64,000 nt of DNA from Anaeramoeba ignava BMAN (lineage: Eukaryota; Protista; Anaeramoebae): contig JAPDFW010000079.1 of assembly GCA_028826165.1 (NCBI GenBank), positions 248,001-312,000 on the forward strand, given 5' to 3'. The notes beneath the pieces are model-generated. The model worked only from the letters and a program-made list of their open reading frames with translations. It searched no databases and was not told the origin of the DNA. This document shows positions 1 to 12,149 of the stretch, in pieces (position 1 is the stretch's first letter; the number at the start of each line of letters is the position of its first letter). Both the position numbers and the translations under genes were made by a program.

Positions 1-3000
1 TGCTGGAGTAGTTGGAAATAAAGGAGCATGTGGTGTTGCATTCCAACTTCATGACTCTTCATTCTGTTTTGTTGGTTCACATCTTGCTGCACGTGAAGAA
101 CGTATTGCAATTCGTGCTGAAAATTATAGAGATATTATTGGTGGATTGCATTTTGGAATACCTGGTGTTGATATTACAGAACAATTCCAATATTTATTTT
201 GGTTTGGTGATTTGAATTATCGTTGTGAATATCCTTTTGATGTTGGTGTTGAATTGGGTATGAAAAAAGATTATCAAAAACTTTTGGAAAAAGACCAATT
301 AAAAAGGGAAATGAGTCAAGGAAAAGTTTTCCAAGGTTTTTCAGAAGGAAAAATTGATTTTCCTCCTTCTTATCGTTATACAAGAGGAGAAGTTAATATT
401 TTTAGTGATCAAGTATATTTGAAAATACATTTAAATAATATAAATAATATAAATATTATAAATAATATAAATAATATAAATAATATAAATATTATAAATA
501 ATATAAATATTATAAATAATATAAATATTATAAATAATATAAATATTATAAATAATATAAATATTATAAATAATATAAATATTATAAATAATATAAATAA
601 TATAAATAATATAAATATTATAAATAATATAAATAATATAAATAATATAAATAATATAAATAATATAAATAATATAAATAATATAAATAATATAAATAAT
701 ATAAAATAATATAAAATAATATAAATAATATAAATAATATAAATAATATAAATAATATTATAAATATAAATATTATAAATAATATAAATAATATAAAATA
801 ATATAAATAATATAAATAATATAAATAATATAAATAATATAAATAATATAAATAATATAAATAATATAAATAATATAAATAATATAAATAATATAAATAA
901 TATAAATAATATAAATATTATAAATAATATAAATATTATAAATAATATAAATAATATAAATAATATAAATATTATAAATAATATAAATAATATAAATATT
1001 ATAAATAATATAAATATTATAAATATGAGTGATTTGAGGCTGATGTGAAAAATTTTTTTTTGTTTATTTTTTTTCCCTTTTTTAATTAAAATTGAACAAG
1101 AAATCTCGATAAAAGCCTCAAATTTTGGTGCTTCCTGAGGCACGATAAAGGTTTATTTCTTTGAGAATTAGAAAAATTGAATCAAAAAAATCAATCAAAA
1201 AAAATCAATCAAAAATCAATCAAAAAAAAAGAAAAATGAATTAGATTCTTGTTAAAGAAAAAAGGAATAGAAAGAGTGATTATTTTTTCTTAATCTTCTC
1301 TTGTAAAAATCATCATTGTAAAAGTATCTTTTGTTCTAAAAGGATTCACGGGAAATATATGAGCATCACTTATTCCAAAAAAATTTGAACTAGTTTCGGT
1401 TTCTAAGATTTCAGTCCAATAATGACCTTCATTGGCATTTCCAATATGGTGTATTGATCCAAGCAATTTCATTTCAGTTTCTTGATTAGGACAACTCTGA
1501 AACATGAAAGATTTGACATTGATCTTTTCTTCACATTGAATTTTGGTTCCAATTCTTGTTGTAGATTGAGTCAAGGAATCATAATAAGTTCTCTTGAAAA
1601 AAATAACCAAATATTTAGGAATAGTCAAAAGAGACAATTTAATGGAGCTTTCTACTTTTTGGTCACAATTTTCACAGTGATAATGTTGAGAGAAATCTAA
1701 ATCCTTTTCAGAGAAATAATTATCGAGCATTGAAGAAATGCTAATTTCTCCGTTCAAAATTGGAAAGCTAATCACAAGACTTGTTTCTTGAGGAAAGGAG
1801 TAAGTAAATCTTTTACATTTCTTACATGTCACTTTTTGCACAATACGAATGCGAAAATCATTTATTATAGCTCGATTGTGAATATCAAATTCTTGATAAA
1901 GAAGATCATATGGAACATTGAAATCTGAAATATTCTCATTTGATATTAAATCCATCAAGGAAACAAAAAATTCATGTATATCTTGTTCATTAGTGTTGGA
2001 AAATTGAGTCACATGTTCTCCTATTACCTTTCTTAGTGGAGTTATATTAATCGATTCTTCTGAAGATTGTAAAATATCGCTCAAAGTTTCAGAAATATCA
2101 CCTAAACCTAATAGTTCAATTACAGAAGTTCTTAAAAGCACTTGAATGATGGAAGCAATATAACATGAATTGTGTGAATTTGGAATCTTTCTTAAATTCT
2201 AATCAAAAATTAAAATGAGAAAATCAAAAAGAAAAAAATAATAAAAGAAGAATTTTCTTACTCCTGTTTTGCAAATGGATATTGATGATGTAAAATTCTT
2301 TTGTTTTGGGAGATTATCTTGAAATTTTGAAATGCGCAAATTTTTGATTTCTTCTTTTTCTTCAAATTCAATTTTTCTCTTGATTTGTTGATGTTTTCTG
2401 GAAGAACTTCGTAGATTTCCATTCATATGATTCATTTCTTTCATCTTCTTTTCTCTTTGCGAATGAAATTTTTGTGTTTCATTTGGAATCACCTTTTCAT
2501 TTTTGGAATTTGTCATTTGAGTATTAAAGAAAGGAATAGAATAATTCTCCTGAATTAATGCTGAATTTTGTTTAATTCCAAATTCTTTCTCTTGGAAAAT
2601 TTGTTCAATTATAGGTATTCTTCTTTTTCGAAAATTGGTGTTTGGCATTCTTGCAGTTTTCAAGTTTCCTTTTAAGAAAATAAAAATGTGTGATTTTTTA
2701 ATTTTTGCAATTGGATTCTTGTAAAGAAATTTGAGTGCTCTATTCACATTTAAAAATAATTGGTGTTGTGTTACTAAGTTGAGATAAATAATCAAAAAGT
2801 GAATTAATAGTTGTAATATCCCCAAAATTTGCCTTATTCCTTGATATGTTACCAAAATGACGATCAGACATATGTTTAGCATGATTTTTAAGAAAGAAAA
2901 TTACCTTAATATCTAAAAATTGCGAACTAAAAGCATCAAAAATCATCCCCAGAACAAAGTTATTTTTAATGTGTCCTCCATTATCAGAAAAAATCCTTAG

Positions 3001-6000
3001 TTTTGATATGTTTAATAGATTTCTTTTATGTTGCCATTCATGGAATTTATATCGAAAATCTTGAAAACTTTGAAGAACAAATTGGGAATCCTATAAGAGA
3101 AATAGAAAATTAATAGAATCAAAAAGGAATTCAATTTTTAAACTTACTTTAGTTTGATCCTCTGAAATATAATCGAAATAGAACAACTGTTTTTCAAACT
3201 GAATAGTAATATTGAAGATCACCCATGATTTTTTATGATAGAATTCTTGTGTTTCCCAATTATCTCGATACTCTTGAAAATTGACTGCAAAGTCCAAGAA
3301 TAAAATAATTTGATCAAGAAGTTGAATTTCCGATTTGTATAAATTTCTCATTTCAAGAACTTTTCTTTGGTGATTCTGCCTTTTTTTCATGATTGGATTA
3401 GAACATTTTGGACACTGGAAAAAAAAAGCTGTTGCAGAATGAATTGAAAAATACTTTTGAAGAAGTGAGCAGAAAGTCCCATATTTAAGATCATTTTCTT
3501 TATCCTGTATTTGATTAAAAAGTCTTTTCTTTGTCAAACTTGTGCGGAAAACAGGTATATCTTTTCTGCTGTAAAAATCAATCGTTGTAAATGTTTCTAA
3601 ATTATCTAAAATTCGAAGGATATTTTTTTCATGATTTGTGAAAACCCATTCTTTTGATTTTGTTTGAGATTTTAGGTAAAATGGAATCTTAAAACGATGA
3701 TGTTCACAATTTAAATGTCTCTTTAGCTTCCATGAATTTAAATTTTTCAATTCCTTATCACAAGAAGAACAAAAAACTTTTTGTGTATCTAAATCATATG
3801 AAAGAAATGGATCCTGATCGATCATTTTTTGAGTATTCATTGGCACTTTCTTTCCACTTTTTGAAATAGAGATTTGAACATTCAAAATAGGAATTTCCTC
3901 TGAAGTTATTAGAAGAACTTGTTCTTTAACACAATTTAGGAAGATTACAAGTTGTGAATTGTTTGAAATACAAACATTTTTATCTTGAAAGAGATAGGTG
4001 AATGCTTGAATCTTTTGTCGAATGTTGAAGTTATCTTTCACATCTTTAATTAAGGTTTTAAAGTTTAGGATCTTTTCAGCATCAAACACACAAAAATTTC
4101 CTTGAAAACGAATAAAAAAAAGCTTCATTTAAAAGAAAAAATGAATTGAGATTTTATCAAAAAATTCCTTTTGAAATCCTCAAAAAAGTGGACATTGATT
4201 TAATTAAAAAAAAGAAAGAAAAGGAAAAAAATCTTCTTGATCTTATTTCAAAAAAAAAAGAAAAAAACTAAAGAAAAAATTGATTCTTCAATCAAAATAC
4301 AAATGTCTAATATGTAAAGATATTTTGTAATTAAATTATCGATAAAAACAAATTGAAAGGGAGAAGAAAAGCAAAATGAAAAATCTGATCTTTTTGATTT
4401 TGATTGATTAAAATATGATTCAAAAAAAGTTATTTTAAAAAAGAAGTCTAAAATTTCTCTTTTATTTTTTTAAGAGATTTAAAAAAGAAGACATATATGA
4501 AATTTAAATTCCTTTTTTAAAAAAATTCCTTTATTAATAAAATCAAAAGTAAATAAATTTGATGAGAATTTTTTGGAACAATATAAAAAAAATCACTCAA
4601 TAAATTGATTATTTGATATTTTAATTTTGAGGCTCAAGAGGCTTTTTTTTTTATTGATTTTTTTTGCAACAGAATCACTCATATTATAAATAATATAAAT
4701 ATTATAAATAATATAAATATTATAAATAATATAAATATTATAAATAATATAAATATTATAAATAATATAAATATTATAAATAATATAAATAATATAAATA
4801 ATATAAATAATATAAATAATATAAATAATATAAATAATATAAATAATATAAATAATATAAATAATATATAAATAATATAAAAATATAAATAATATAAAAT
4901 AATATAAATAATATAAAATTATAAAAATATAAATAATATAAAATAATATAAAATAATATAAATAATATAAAATAATATAAATATTATAAATAATATAAAT
5001 ATTATAAAAATACATAAAAATATTATAAATAATATAAATATTATAAATAATATAAATATTATAAAATAATATAAATATTATAAATAAATAAAAAATATTA
5101 TAAATATTATAAATAATATAAATATTATAAATAATATAAATAATATAAATAATATAAATAATATAAATAATATAAATAATATAAAATTAAATAATATAAA
5201 TAATATAAATAATATAAAATAATATAAAAATAAAACATTATAAATAATATAAAATAATATAAAATATTATAAATAATATAAACAAATATAAATATAAAAA
5301 TATAAATAAATATTAAAATATAATATAAATAAACAATATAAATAATATAAATATATAAATAATATAAAACAACATAAATAAATATAAATATTATAAATAA
5401 TATAAATATTATAAATAATATTATAAATAATATAAATATTATAAATAATATAAATATTATAAATAATATAAATAATATAAATAATATAAATAATATAAAT
5501 AATATAAATAATATAAATAATATAAATAATATAAATAATATAAACAATATAAATATTATAAAATAATATAAATATTATAAATAATATAAATAATATAAAT
5601 AATATAAATATTATAAATATTATAAAAATAATATAAATACATATAAAAATAAAATATAAATAATATAAATAAATATAAATATTACAAAAAATAATATAAA
5701 TAATATAAATAATATAAATAATATAAATAATATAAATAATATAAATATTATAAATATTATAAATAATATAAATAATATAAATAATATAAATATTATAAAT
5801 AATATAAATGTTATAAACAATATAAATAATATATAAATAATATATAAAATATTATAAATAAATAATATAAATAATATAAATATTATAAATATTATAAATA
5901 ATATAAATAATATAAATATTATAAATAATATAAATATTATAAATAATATAAATAATATAAATAATATAAATATTATAAATAATATAAATATTATAAATAA

Positions 6001-6812
6001 TATAAATATTATAAATAATATAAATATTATAAATAATATAAATATTATAAATATTATAAATAATATAAATAATATAAATATTATAAATAATATAAATATT
6101 ATAAATATTATAAATATTATAAATAATTAGAAAAGAAGAGCACCTTCTTATTGTGATAGAATTCTTTGGAGATGCCTTCCTAATTTTGATGTTGAACAAC
6201 TTTCTTATCAACCTCATTTATCTTTTACAACAAGTGATCATAAACCAGTTTCTTCAACATTTACTTTAGAAATACCTCCTTTATTAACTCATGATTCTAT
6301 TGATAAAAATGCATTTTGTGTTATTAATTTTTCTGTTTTATTTGGAAAAAATTTTAGAACTTTAAAATCTTGTTTAGATGAAAAAGAAAAAGAGAAACAA
6401 AAATCAATTAGAATTGATTCACAAATTACTTTTGAAGCTCCTTTTCTTGATTCAGATTCAACAACAGAATTAGTTTTAAATAATCCAAATCCTATTTTTA
6501 ATAAAATTCCAGCTTTATTTCCATTTATTACATCAAAAAATTATTTAGAAAATCATCATATAATTTTAATTGTAAAAGATAAAAGAGGACAAATAATTGG
6601 TAAATAATTTAATTTATTTTAAATTTATTTTAATTTATTTTATTTAAATTTATTTTAATTTAAAAGGTCAAGCTCCTGTTTCTTTAAAAGGTTCTTGTGA
6701 TAAAAATCCAATTCAATTTTTAGCAATTATAAGAAAAAAAGGTTTTTTACTTGGTGAAATTTCTGGTTCAGTTCATATTACTTGGCCTTCTTTAAATTTA
6801 ATTCGATTTTAA
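1..6812 (+). CDS. Inositol polyphosphate 5-phosphatase with C-terminal C2-like domain (SHIP-like architecture); 5'-partial; exons <1-412, 6131-6599, 6667-6812
   Basis: Exon 1 reads GNKGACGV..SHLAA..FWFGDLNYR..DQL..FPPSYRY. After the GT(413)..AG(6130) intron the frame resumes KRRAPSYCDRILW..TSDHKPV, the canonical 5-phosphatase motifs. A second intron 6600-6666 keeps frame to TAA at 6810-6812. Confidence 0.92.
430..1026 (+). repeat. Intronic 9-mer satellite (ATAAATAAT/ATAAATATT)n, left of transposon
   Basis: Tandem array seen directly inside the 413-6130 intron. Confidence 0.95.
1027..4680 (-). mobile_element. Sola-superfamily-like DNA transposon, 3654 bp, 8-bp TIR GAGTGATT/AATCACTC, 4-bp TSD ATAT
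   Basis: Complex sequence interrupts a pure satellite. The ends GAGTGATT (1027) and AATCACTC (4673-4680) are flanked by ATAT on both sides, and removing the element plus one ATAT restores the repeat AAATATTATAAA. It encodes a DDD transposase. GAG..CTC termini with a 4-bp TSD match Sola2/Sola3. Confidence 0.85.
1290..4128 (-). CDS. Transposase-USP fusion: PB1-like domain, C2H2 zinc finger, Sola-type DDD core, linker, C19 ubiquitin-specific protease; exons 4128-3148, 3090-2262 (one frameshift ~2752-2756), 2198-1290
   Basis: Phase-0 GT-AG introns 3091-3147 and 2199-2261 join the ORFs. Transposase motifs: LFLDFAVN, IFSDNGGHIKN, FFLKNHAKHMSDRHFG. USP motifs: Cys box IPNSHNSCYIASIIQVL, EQDIHEFF, His box HHIGNANEGHYW, ISDAH. 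Confidence 0.8.
4681..6127 (+). repeat. Intronic 9-mer satellite (ATAAATAAT/ATAAATATT)n, right of transposon
   Basis: Same unit as 430-1026, continuing to the AG acceptor at 6129-6130. Confidence 0.95.
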
Positions 6813-7033
6813 ATTAAAAAAACAAATTAAAAAATAAAAACTTTTTTTTTTAATTATAATTTTGTAATTAAAAAAATTAAAAAATTAAAAAATTAAAAAT
6901 TAAATTTGTTTTTCTTTTTATTTCAAAATTAAAAAAATGAAAAAAAAGTGGAACAAAAAAAAATTTTTTGAATTAAAAAATTAAAAAAAATAAATTTGAA
7001 TTTGAATTTGAATTTGAATTTGAATTGTTTTAT

Positions 7034-7501
7034 TTATTTAACTGCATTTGAATATCTTGTAACAGCTTTTGTTCCTTCTGAAACTGCATGTCTTGCTAAT
7101 TCACCAGGTAATAATAATCTAGCAGCACCTTGAATATCTCTACTTGTAATTGTTCCTTTTCCTCCTAATCTTGATAATTCAGCTGCTTCTAATGCAAATC
7201 TATCAAAACAATCACTAACAAATGAATTCATAATAATCATTGCTTTATTTGAAATTCCAACATCTGGATGAACTTGTTTTAATACTCGATAAATATATGA
7301 TGAATATGTTTCAACTCTTTTTTTTTGTTGTTTTGTTTCTTCTTCTCCTTCTTTCTTTTCTTTTTTTGGTTTTCCTTTTCCTTTTCCTTTTGTTGTTCTT
7401 CTTCCTTTTCCTTTTCCTTTTCCTTTTTTTGTTGTTTCTTTTGGTTGTTCTTTTTCTGAATCAGTTGTAATTTTTTCTTCTTTTTTTTCTGTTTCTGACA
7501 T
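7034..7501 (-). CDS. H2B: Histone H2B with extended acidic/basic N-terminal tail
   Basis: [45 protein letters not shown] histone-fold signature. Confidence 0.97.
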   Translation of the reverse strand: MSETEKKEEKITTDSEKEQPKETTKKGKGKGKGRRTTKGKGKGKPKKEKKEGEEETKQQKKRVETYSSYIYRVLKQVHPDVGISNKAMIIMNSFVSDCFDRFALEAAELSRLGGKGTITSRDIQGAARLLLPGELARHAVSEGTKAVTRYSNAVK

Positions 7502-7654
7502 AATTAATTTAATTTAATAAAAAATAAAAAATAAAAAATGAAAAAATGAAAAAAAAAAAATATTTTTTATTTAAATAAAATTAATCAAATATTATCCAAT
7601 AATTTTTGATTTTTTCTCAAAATTTATTGGATAATATTGTTTCGAAAATTTTTT

Positions 7655-8830
7655 AAAAGAAATATTTTAATTAATAAATATCTACATTTCAAACATTAAA
7701 TTAATATTTTAATAATAAAAATATTAATAAAATTATATTTTAAAACAAATTATAAATAAATAATAAATAATTTATTAATTAAATATTGAAATAAATTTAT
7801 TAAAATATTTTAATTAATTAATATCTATAAAATTAATTAATAATAAATAATAAATTAATTTGAAAATGTTAATAAAATTATATTTTAAAAACAAATTATA
7901 AATAAATAATAAATAATTTATTAATTAATTAATGAAATAAATTTATTAAAATATTTTAATTAATAAATATCTATAAAATTAATTAATAATAAATAATATA
8001 TTAATTTGGAAATGTTAATAAAATTATATTTTAAAACAAATTATAAATAAATAATAAATAATTTATTAATTAAATATTAAAATAAATTTATTAAAATATT
8101 TTAATTAATAAATATCTATAAAATTAATTAATAATAAATAATAAATTAATTTTGAAAATATTAATAAAATTGTATTTTAAAATAAATTATAAATAAATAA
8201 TAAATAATTTATTAATTAAATATTAAAATAAATTTATTAAAATATTTTTAATTAATAAATATCTATAAAAATTAAATAATAATAAATAATATATTAATTT
8301 GAAAATATTAATAAAAATTATATTTTAAAATAAATTATAAATAAATAATAAATAATTTATTAATTAAATAATGAAATAAATTTATTAAAATATTTTAATT
8401 AATAAATATCTATATTTCAAACATTAAATTAATATTTTAATAATAAAATTATTAATAAAATTATATTTTAAAATAAATTATAAATAAATAATAAATAATT
8501 TCTTAATTAAATAATGAAATAAATTTATTAAAATATTTTAATTAATAAATATCTATAAAATTAATTAATAATAAATAATATATTAATTTGGAAATGTTAA
8601 TAAAATTATATTTTAAAACAAATTATAAATAAATAATAAATAATTTATTAATTAAATATTAAAATAAATTTATTAAAATATTTTAATTAATAAATATCTA
8701 TAAAATTAATTAATAATAAATAATAAATTAATTTGAAAATATTAATGAAATTGTATTTTTAAAATAAATTATAAATAAATAATAAATAATTTATTAATTA
8801 AATAATGAAATAAATTTATTAAAATATTTT
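7655..8830. repeat. ~145-bp AT-rich tandem satellite, ~8 copies
   Basis: The ATATCTA anchor recurs at ~7677, 7821, 7967, 8112, 8259, 8406, 8549 and 8694. Confidence 0.85.
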
Positions 8831-9620
8831 CATTAATTTATTTCAAAAATGGAATAAAGAATATTAAATAATTAAATTTAGAATTAATTCTATTTTATAT
8901 ATTTTATCAATATTTCTTTTATTTAAAATAATATAAAATAATTCCCAATAATTTAATAAATTTAATAAAATATTTTTATTAATTTATTTCAAAAATGGAA
9001 TAAGGAATATTAAATAATTAAATTTAAAATTAATTATATTTTATATATTTTATTAATATTTCTTTATTTAAATTAATATAAAATTATTATCAATAATTTA
9101 ATAAAATTGAAAAGAAAATTGAAATATTTTAATAAAGATAAATATTTAATTTTAATAAGAATTAATAATAATTTAATTTAGATTTATTTTATTTTTAATT
9201 TCATTTAATATTTTTATTTATTAAATTAATATTTTTAATTATTTATTATTTCAATTTTAATTATAATAAAATATATTAAAAAGTGGAAGAAATATTTTAA
9301 TAAAGATAAATATTTAATTTTAATAATAATTAATAATAATTTAATTTAGATTTATTTTATTTAAATTTAATATAATGTTTTTATTTATTATACTAATATT
9401 TTTGATTATTTATTATTCCAATTTTAATTATAATAAAATATATTAAAAAAAGTGGAATAAATATTTTAATAAATATATATATTTAATTTTAATAATATTT
9501 AATAATAATTTAATTTAGAAATGAATTTATTTTAAATTGAAATAATATTTTTAATTATTAAATTAATATTTTTGATTATTTATTAATCCAATTTTAATTA
9601 TAATAAAATATATTAAAAAT
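8820..9620. repeat. Two short tandem arrays of ~150-170-bp AT-rich units (2 and 3 copies)
   Basis: ATTTATTTCAAAAATGGAATAA occurs twice (~8837, ~8982); AATATTTTAATAAA..TTTAATTTAGA..ATTATAATAAAATATATTAAAA occurs three times (~9123, ~9291, ~9460). Confidence 0.7.
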
Positions 9621-10085
9621 AAAATTAAAAATTAAAAATTTTAAATAAATTGAATTTAACATGATTGAATAAGATAAACTTTCTAAAAAAATAATTTTAA
9701 TAATTATTCTATTTTTGATTTTGATTATAATTTATTAATATTTAAATATTAATTAATAATAAATTTTATTTGATTTTTATTTTAATATTTTAATTAATGA
9801 ATTTAAATTTAATTATTATTAATTTCTATTTTCAATTTTTATTTTTATTTATTATATTAAAAATATTCAATTTTTTAAAATTTATTATTTTTTTTTTTTG
9901 GATTATTTTTATTAATTAAATTTTTAATAAATATTTTAAATTAAAATTAAATTATTTAAAATTAAATTTGTTTCTTATTTATTATTTTAAAGAAATTAAT
10001 TTGATTAAAAGTAAATTAAAATTGAATTAAATTTTGAAATAAAAAATTAAAAAAAAGTCTGATTTTCTTATTATTAATTAATTTT

Positions 10086-11744
10086 TTAAATAAAATAAGT
10101 TTCAAGTTCATCAACAACCCATTTATCATAAGAACCAGCTAAATAACTTTGAGCTTCATTTGTATTATAAGTAATTCCATTAGGTAGATTATAACCCCAA
10201 CCAAAATCTGAATAACCAGGTTGTAAATCAGAATCTAACCAAAAATCATTTCCTTTACCAAAAAATGGACCACGATCTAAACTAGAATAAATTGCACATT
10301 GAGGTAGTTTAATTGTAAACTTTGCAGGTATTCTATCTCCTTTATCATTTCTTAATGAAAAAATAAATGCATTTGAATCATTAATGTTTCCTGTATTTCC
10401 ATTAAATCCAACTTGAGTAAAACCTCCAAAAATAAAATTATCTTTTGTTTTGATAATAACTAATGTTTTTCCTTTCCAATCAACTTTTGAATGCCAATTT
10501 TTAGAATTAAATCCATCTCTTTTTGCTGAAAATCCTTTTTTCATTTTAGAAAAAAAATCATTATCATTTATCCATTCTTGTAATTTCTTAACATATTCAA
10601 TATCTTTAATAATTTCTGAATCTGAAAATTGAGGAAAATTCTTTTTTAATTCTTGCATTTTCTTTTCATATTCATCAAAAGCAGGTTTCATTTTCTCAAC
10701 CTCTTTCTTCCATTTCTCTTCAATTTCTTTGTTTTTATCTTCAATTTCCTTCTTTTTCTTCTTATTTTCAGATTTCAGATTTTGATTTTCTGTTTCGAAT
10801 GATTTAATTTTTTTATCTTTTTCTTTAATTCTTTTATCTCTTCTTTGAATTTTCTTTTCATTTTCTTTAATTTTTGTTTGATTTTCTTGATCTTGAATTT
10901 GAAAAATAGTTCTTTCAAAATGAATTAAAAAAGAATTTGGAAGAAAAATATCAAATTGTTTTAATTTATCAAAATCTTGTTTTGAAATTGAATCTTTATC
11001 AAATAATGAAAAAAAAGAATGAAATAATCTTTTCTTTGCATTCATTTTGTGTTTATATTTCCTTAATTTTAATGATTTAATTCTTTTTTCAATCCAATTA
11101 TTTAAAAATTGAAAAAAATCAAATTGAAAAATTTCTTTTTTTTCTTGTTTAAATTGAATAAATTTGATAATTTCTTCTTTAGTTAAATTGAATAAATTCT
11201 CATTATTCTGAATTTGGGAAAAATTTTGATTTATTAATTCAAAACATTTTATTTCAATTTCATTTGAATTTAAATTTCGATTTTGGAATAAAAATTGGAA
11301 AAAATTTGAATAATTAATTGAATTTGAAATTTTTTTTTGAATAATTTCTTTCAATAAATTTAATTTAAAATAAATTGAAATTTCCAATAATTGAATAAGA
11401 TTTTCTTGATTCTCAAAAGAAATATTTCCATAATAAATATAACTTAAAATTGATTCCATTTCTTTTTTATTAAATTGATTTAAAGAAATAAAAAGAGATT
11501 CTTGCCTTAATGACTCATTAAAAAAAGGAGATCTTGAAGATAAAATTGATTTATGAACTTTAATTTCAAAAGGATTTAATTTATTCTCAACAAAAATTGA
11601 AAAATCTTTAAATGAATTTCCATTTAAAAGGTTTGAATAATCTTTAATTAAATTTTTTGTTACTTTTTTTTCTAAATTTTTCTTTTCATTTGCATTTTGA
11701 TTTCGATTTGCATTTTCAATTTGGTTATTATTATTATTATTCAT
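10086..11744 (-). CDS. BTB/BACK, coiled-coil and TLDc domain protein
   Basis: BTB: FKDFSIFVE..IKVHKSILSSRSPFF..YIYYG. TLDc: SAKRDGFNSKNWHSKVDWKGKTLVIIKTKDNFIFGGFT..FIFSL..GPFFG. Confidence 0.9.
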   Translation of the reverse strand: MNNNNNNQIENANRNQNANEKKNLEKKVTKNLIKDYSNLLNGNSFKDFSIFVENKLNPFEIKVHKSILSSRSPFFNESLRQESLFISLNQFNKKEMESILSYIYYGNISFENQENLIQLLEISIYFKLNLLKEIIQKKISNSINYSNFFQFLFQNRNLNSNEIEIKCFELINQNFSQIQNNENLFNLTKEEIIKFIQFKQEKKEIFQFDFFQFLNNWIEKRIKSLKLRKYKHKMNAKKRLFHSFFSLFDKDSISKQDFDKLKQFDIFLPNSFLIHFERTIFQIQDQENQTKIKENEKKIQRRDKRIKEKDKKIKSFETENQNLKSENKKKKKEIEDKNKEIEEKWKKEVEKMKPAFDEYEKKMQELKKNFPQFSDSEIIKDIEYVKKLQEWINDNDFFSKMKKGFSAKRDGFNSKNWHSKVDWKGKTLVIIKTKDNFIFGGFTQVGFNGNTGNINDSNAFIFSLRNDKGDRIPAKFTIKLPQCAIYSSLDRGPFFGKGNDFWLDSDLQPGYSDFGWGYNLPNGITYNTNEAQSYLAGSYDKWVVDELETYFI

Positions 11745-12149
11745 TTTGTTTTTTTGTTTTTGTTTTTTGTTTTTTTGTGTTTTTTGTTTTTAAAAAAAGG
11801 AAAAAATGAAAAAAAATTTAAAAAAAAAAATGAATAAAAAGTGAATTTTGAAAATAAATAAAAATATAAAAAATAAGAATAAATTTAAATTAATAATTAA
11901 TTTAATTTTCTTTTTAATTTATTATTTTAAATTAATTTATTAATAAATTATTATTATTTTTATTAATTTTTATTATTAAAAAAAAGGAAAAATTATTTTA
12001 ATTTAATTTTTAATTTAATTTTTTTTTGGAATTTAAAAATTATTAATAAATTTAAATTTTAAAACAAATTTCCAAATTAATATTAATTCAATTTAATTCA
12101 AAAAGATAAAATTTTAATTTCAAAAATCAATTTTTAAAATATTTTTAAA

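Noticed and set aside
409-6217. ORFs of ILF/IIY/NNI repeats (409-1143, 4593-5015, 5125-5547, 5620-5820, 5852-6217)
   Set aside because: Stop-free frames of a 9-mer intronic satellite, not proteins.
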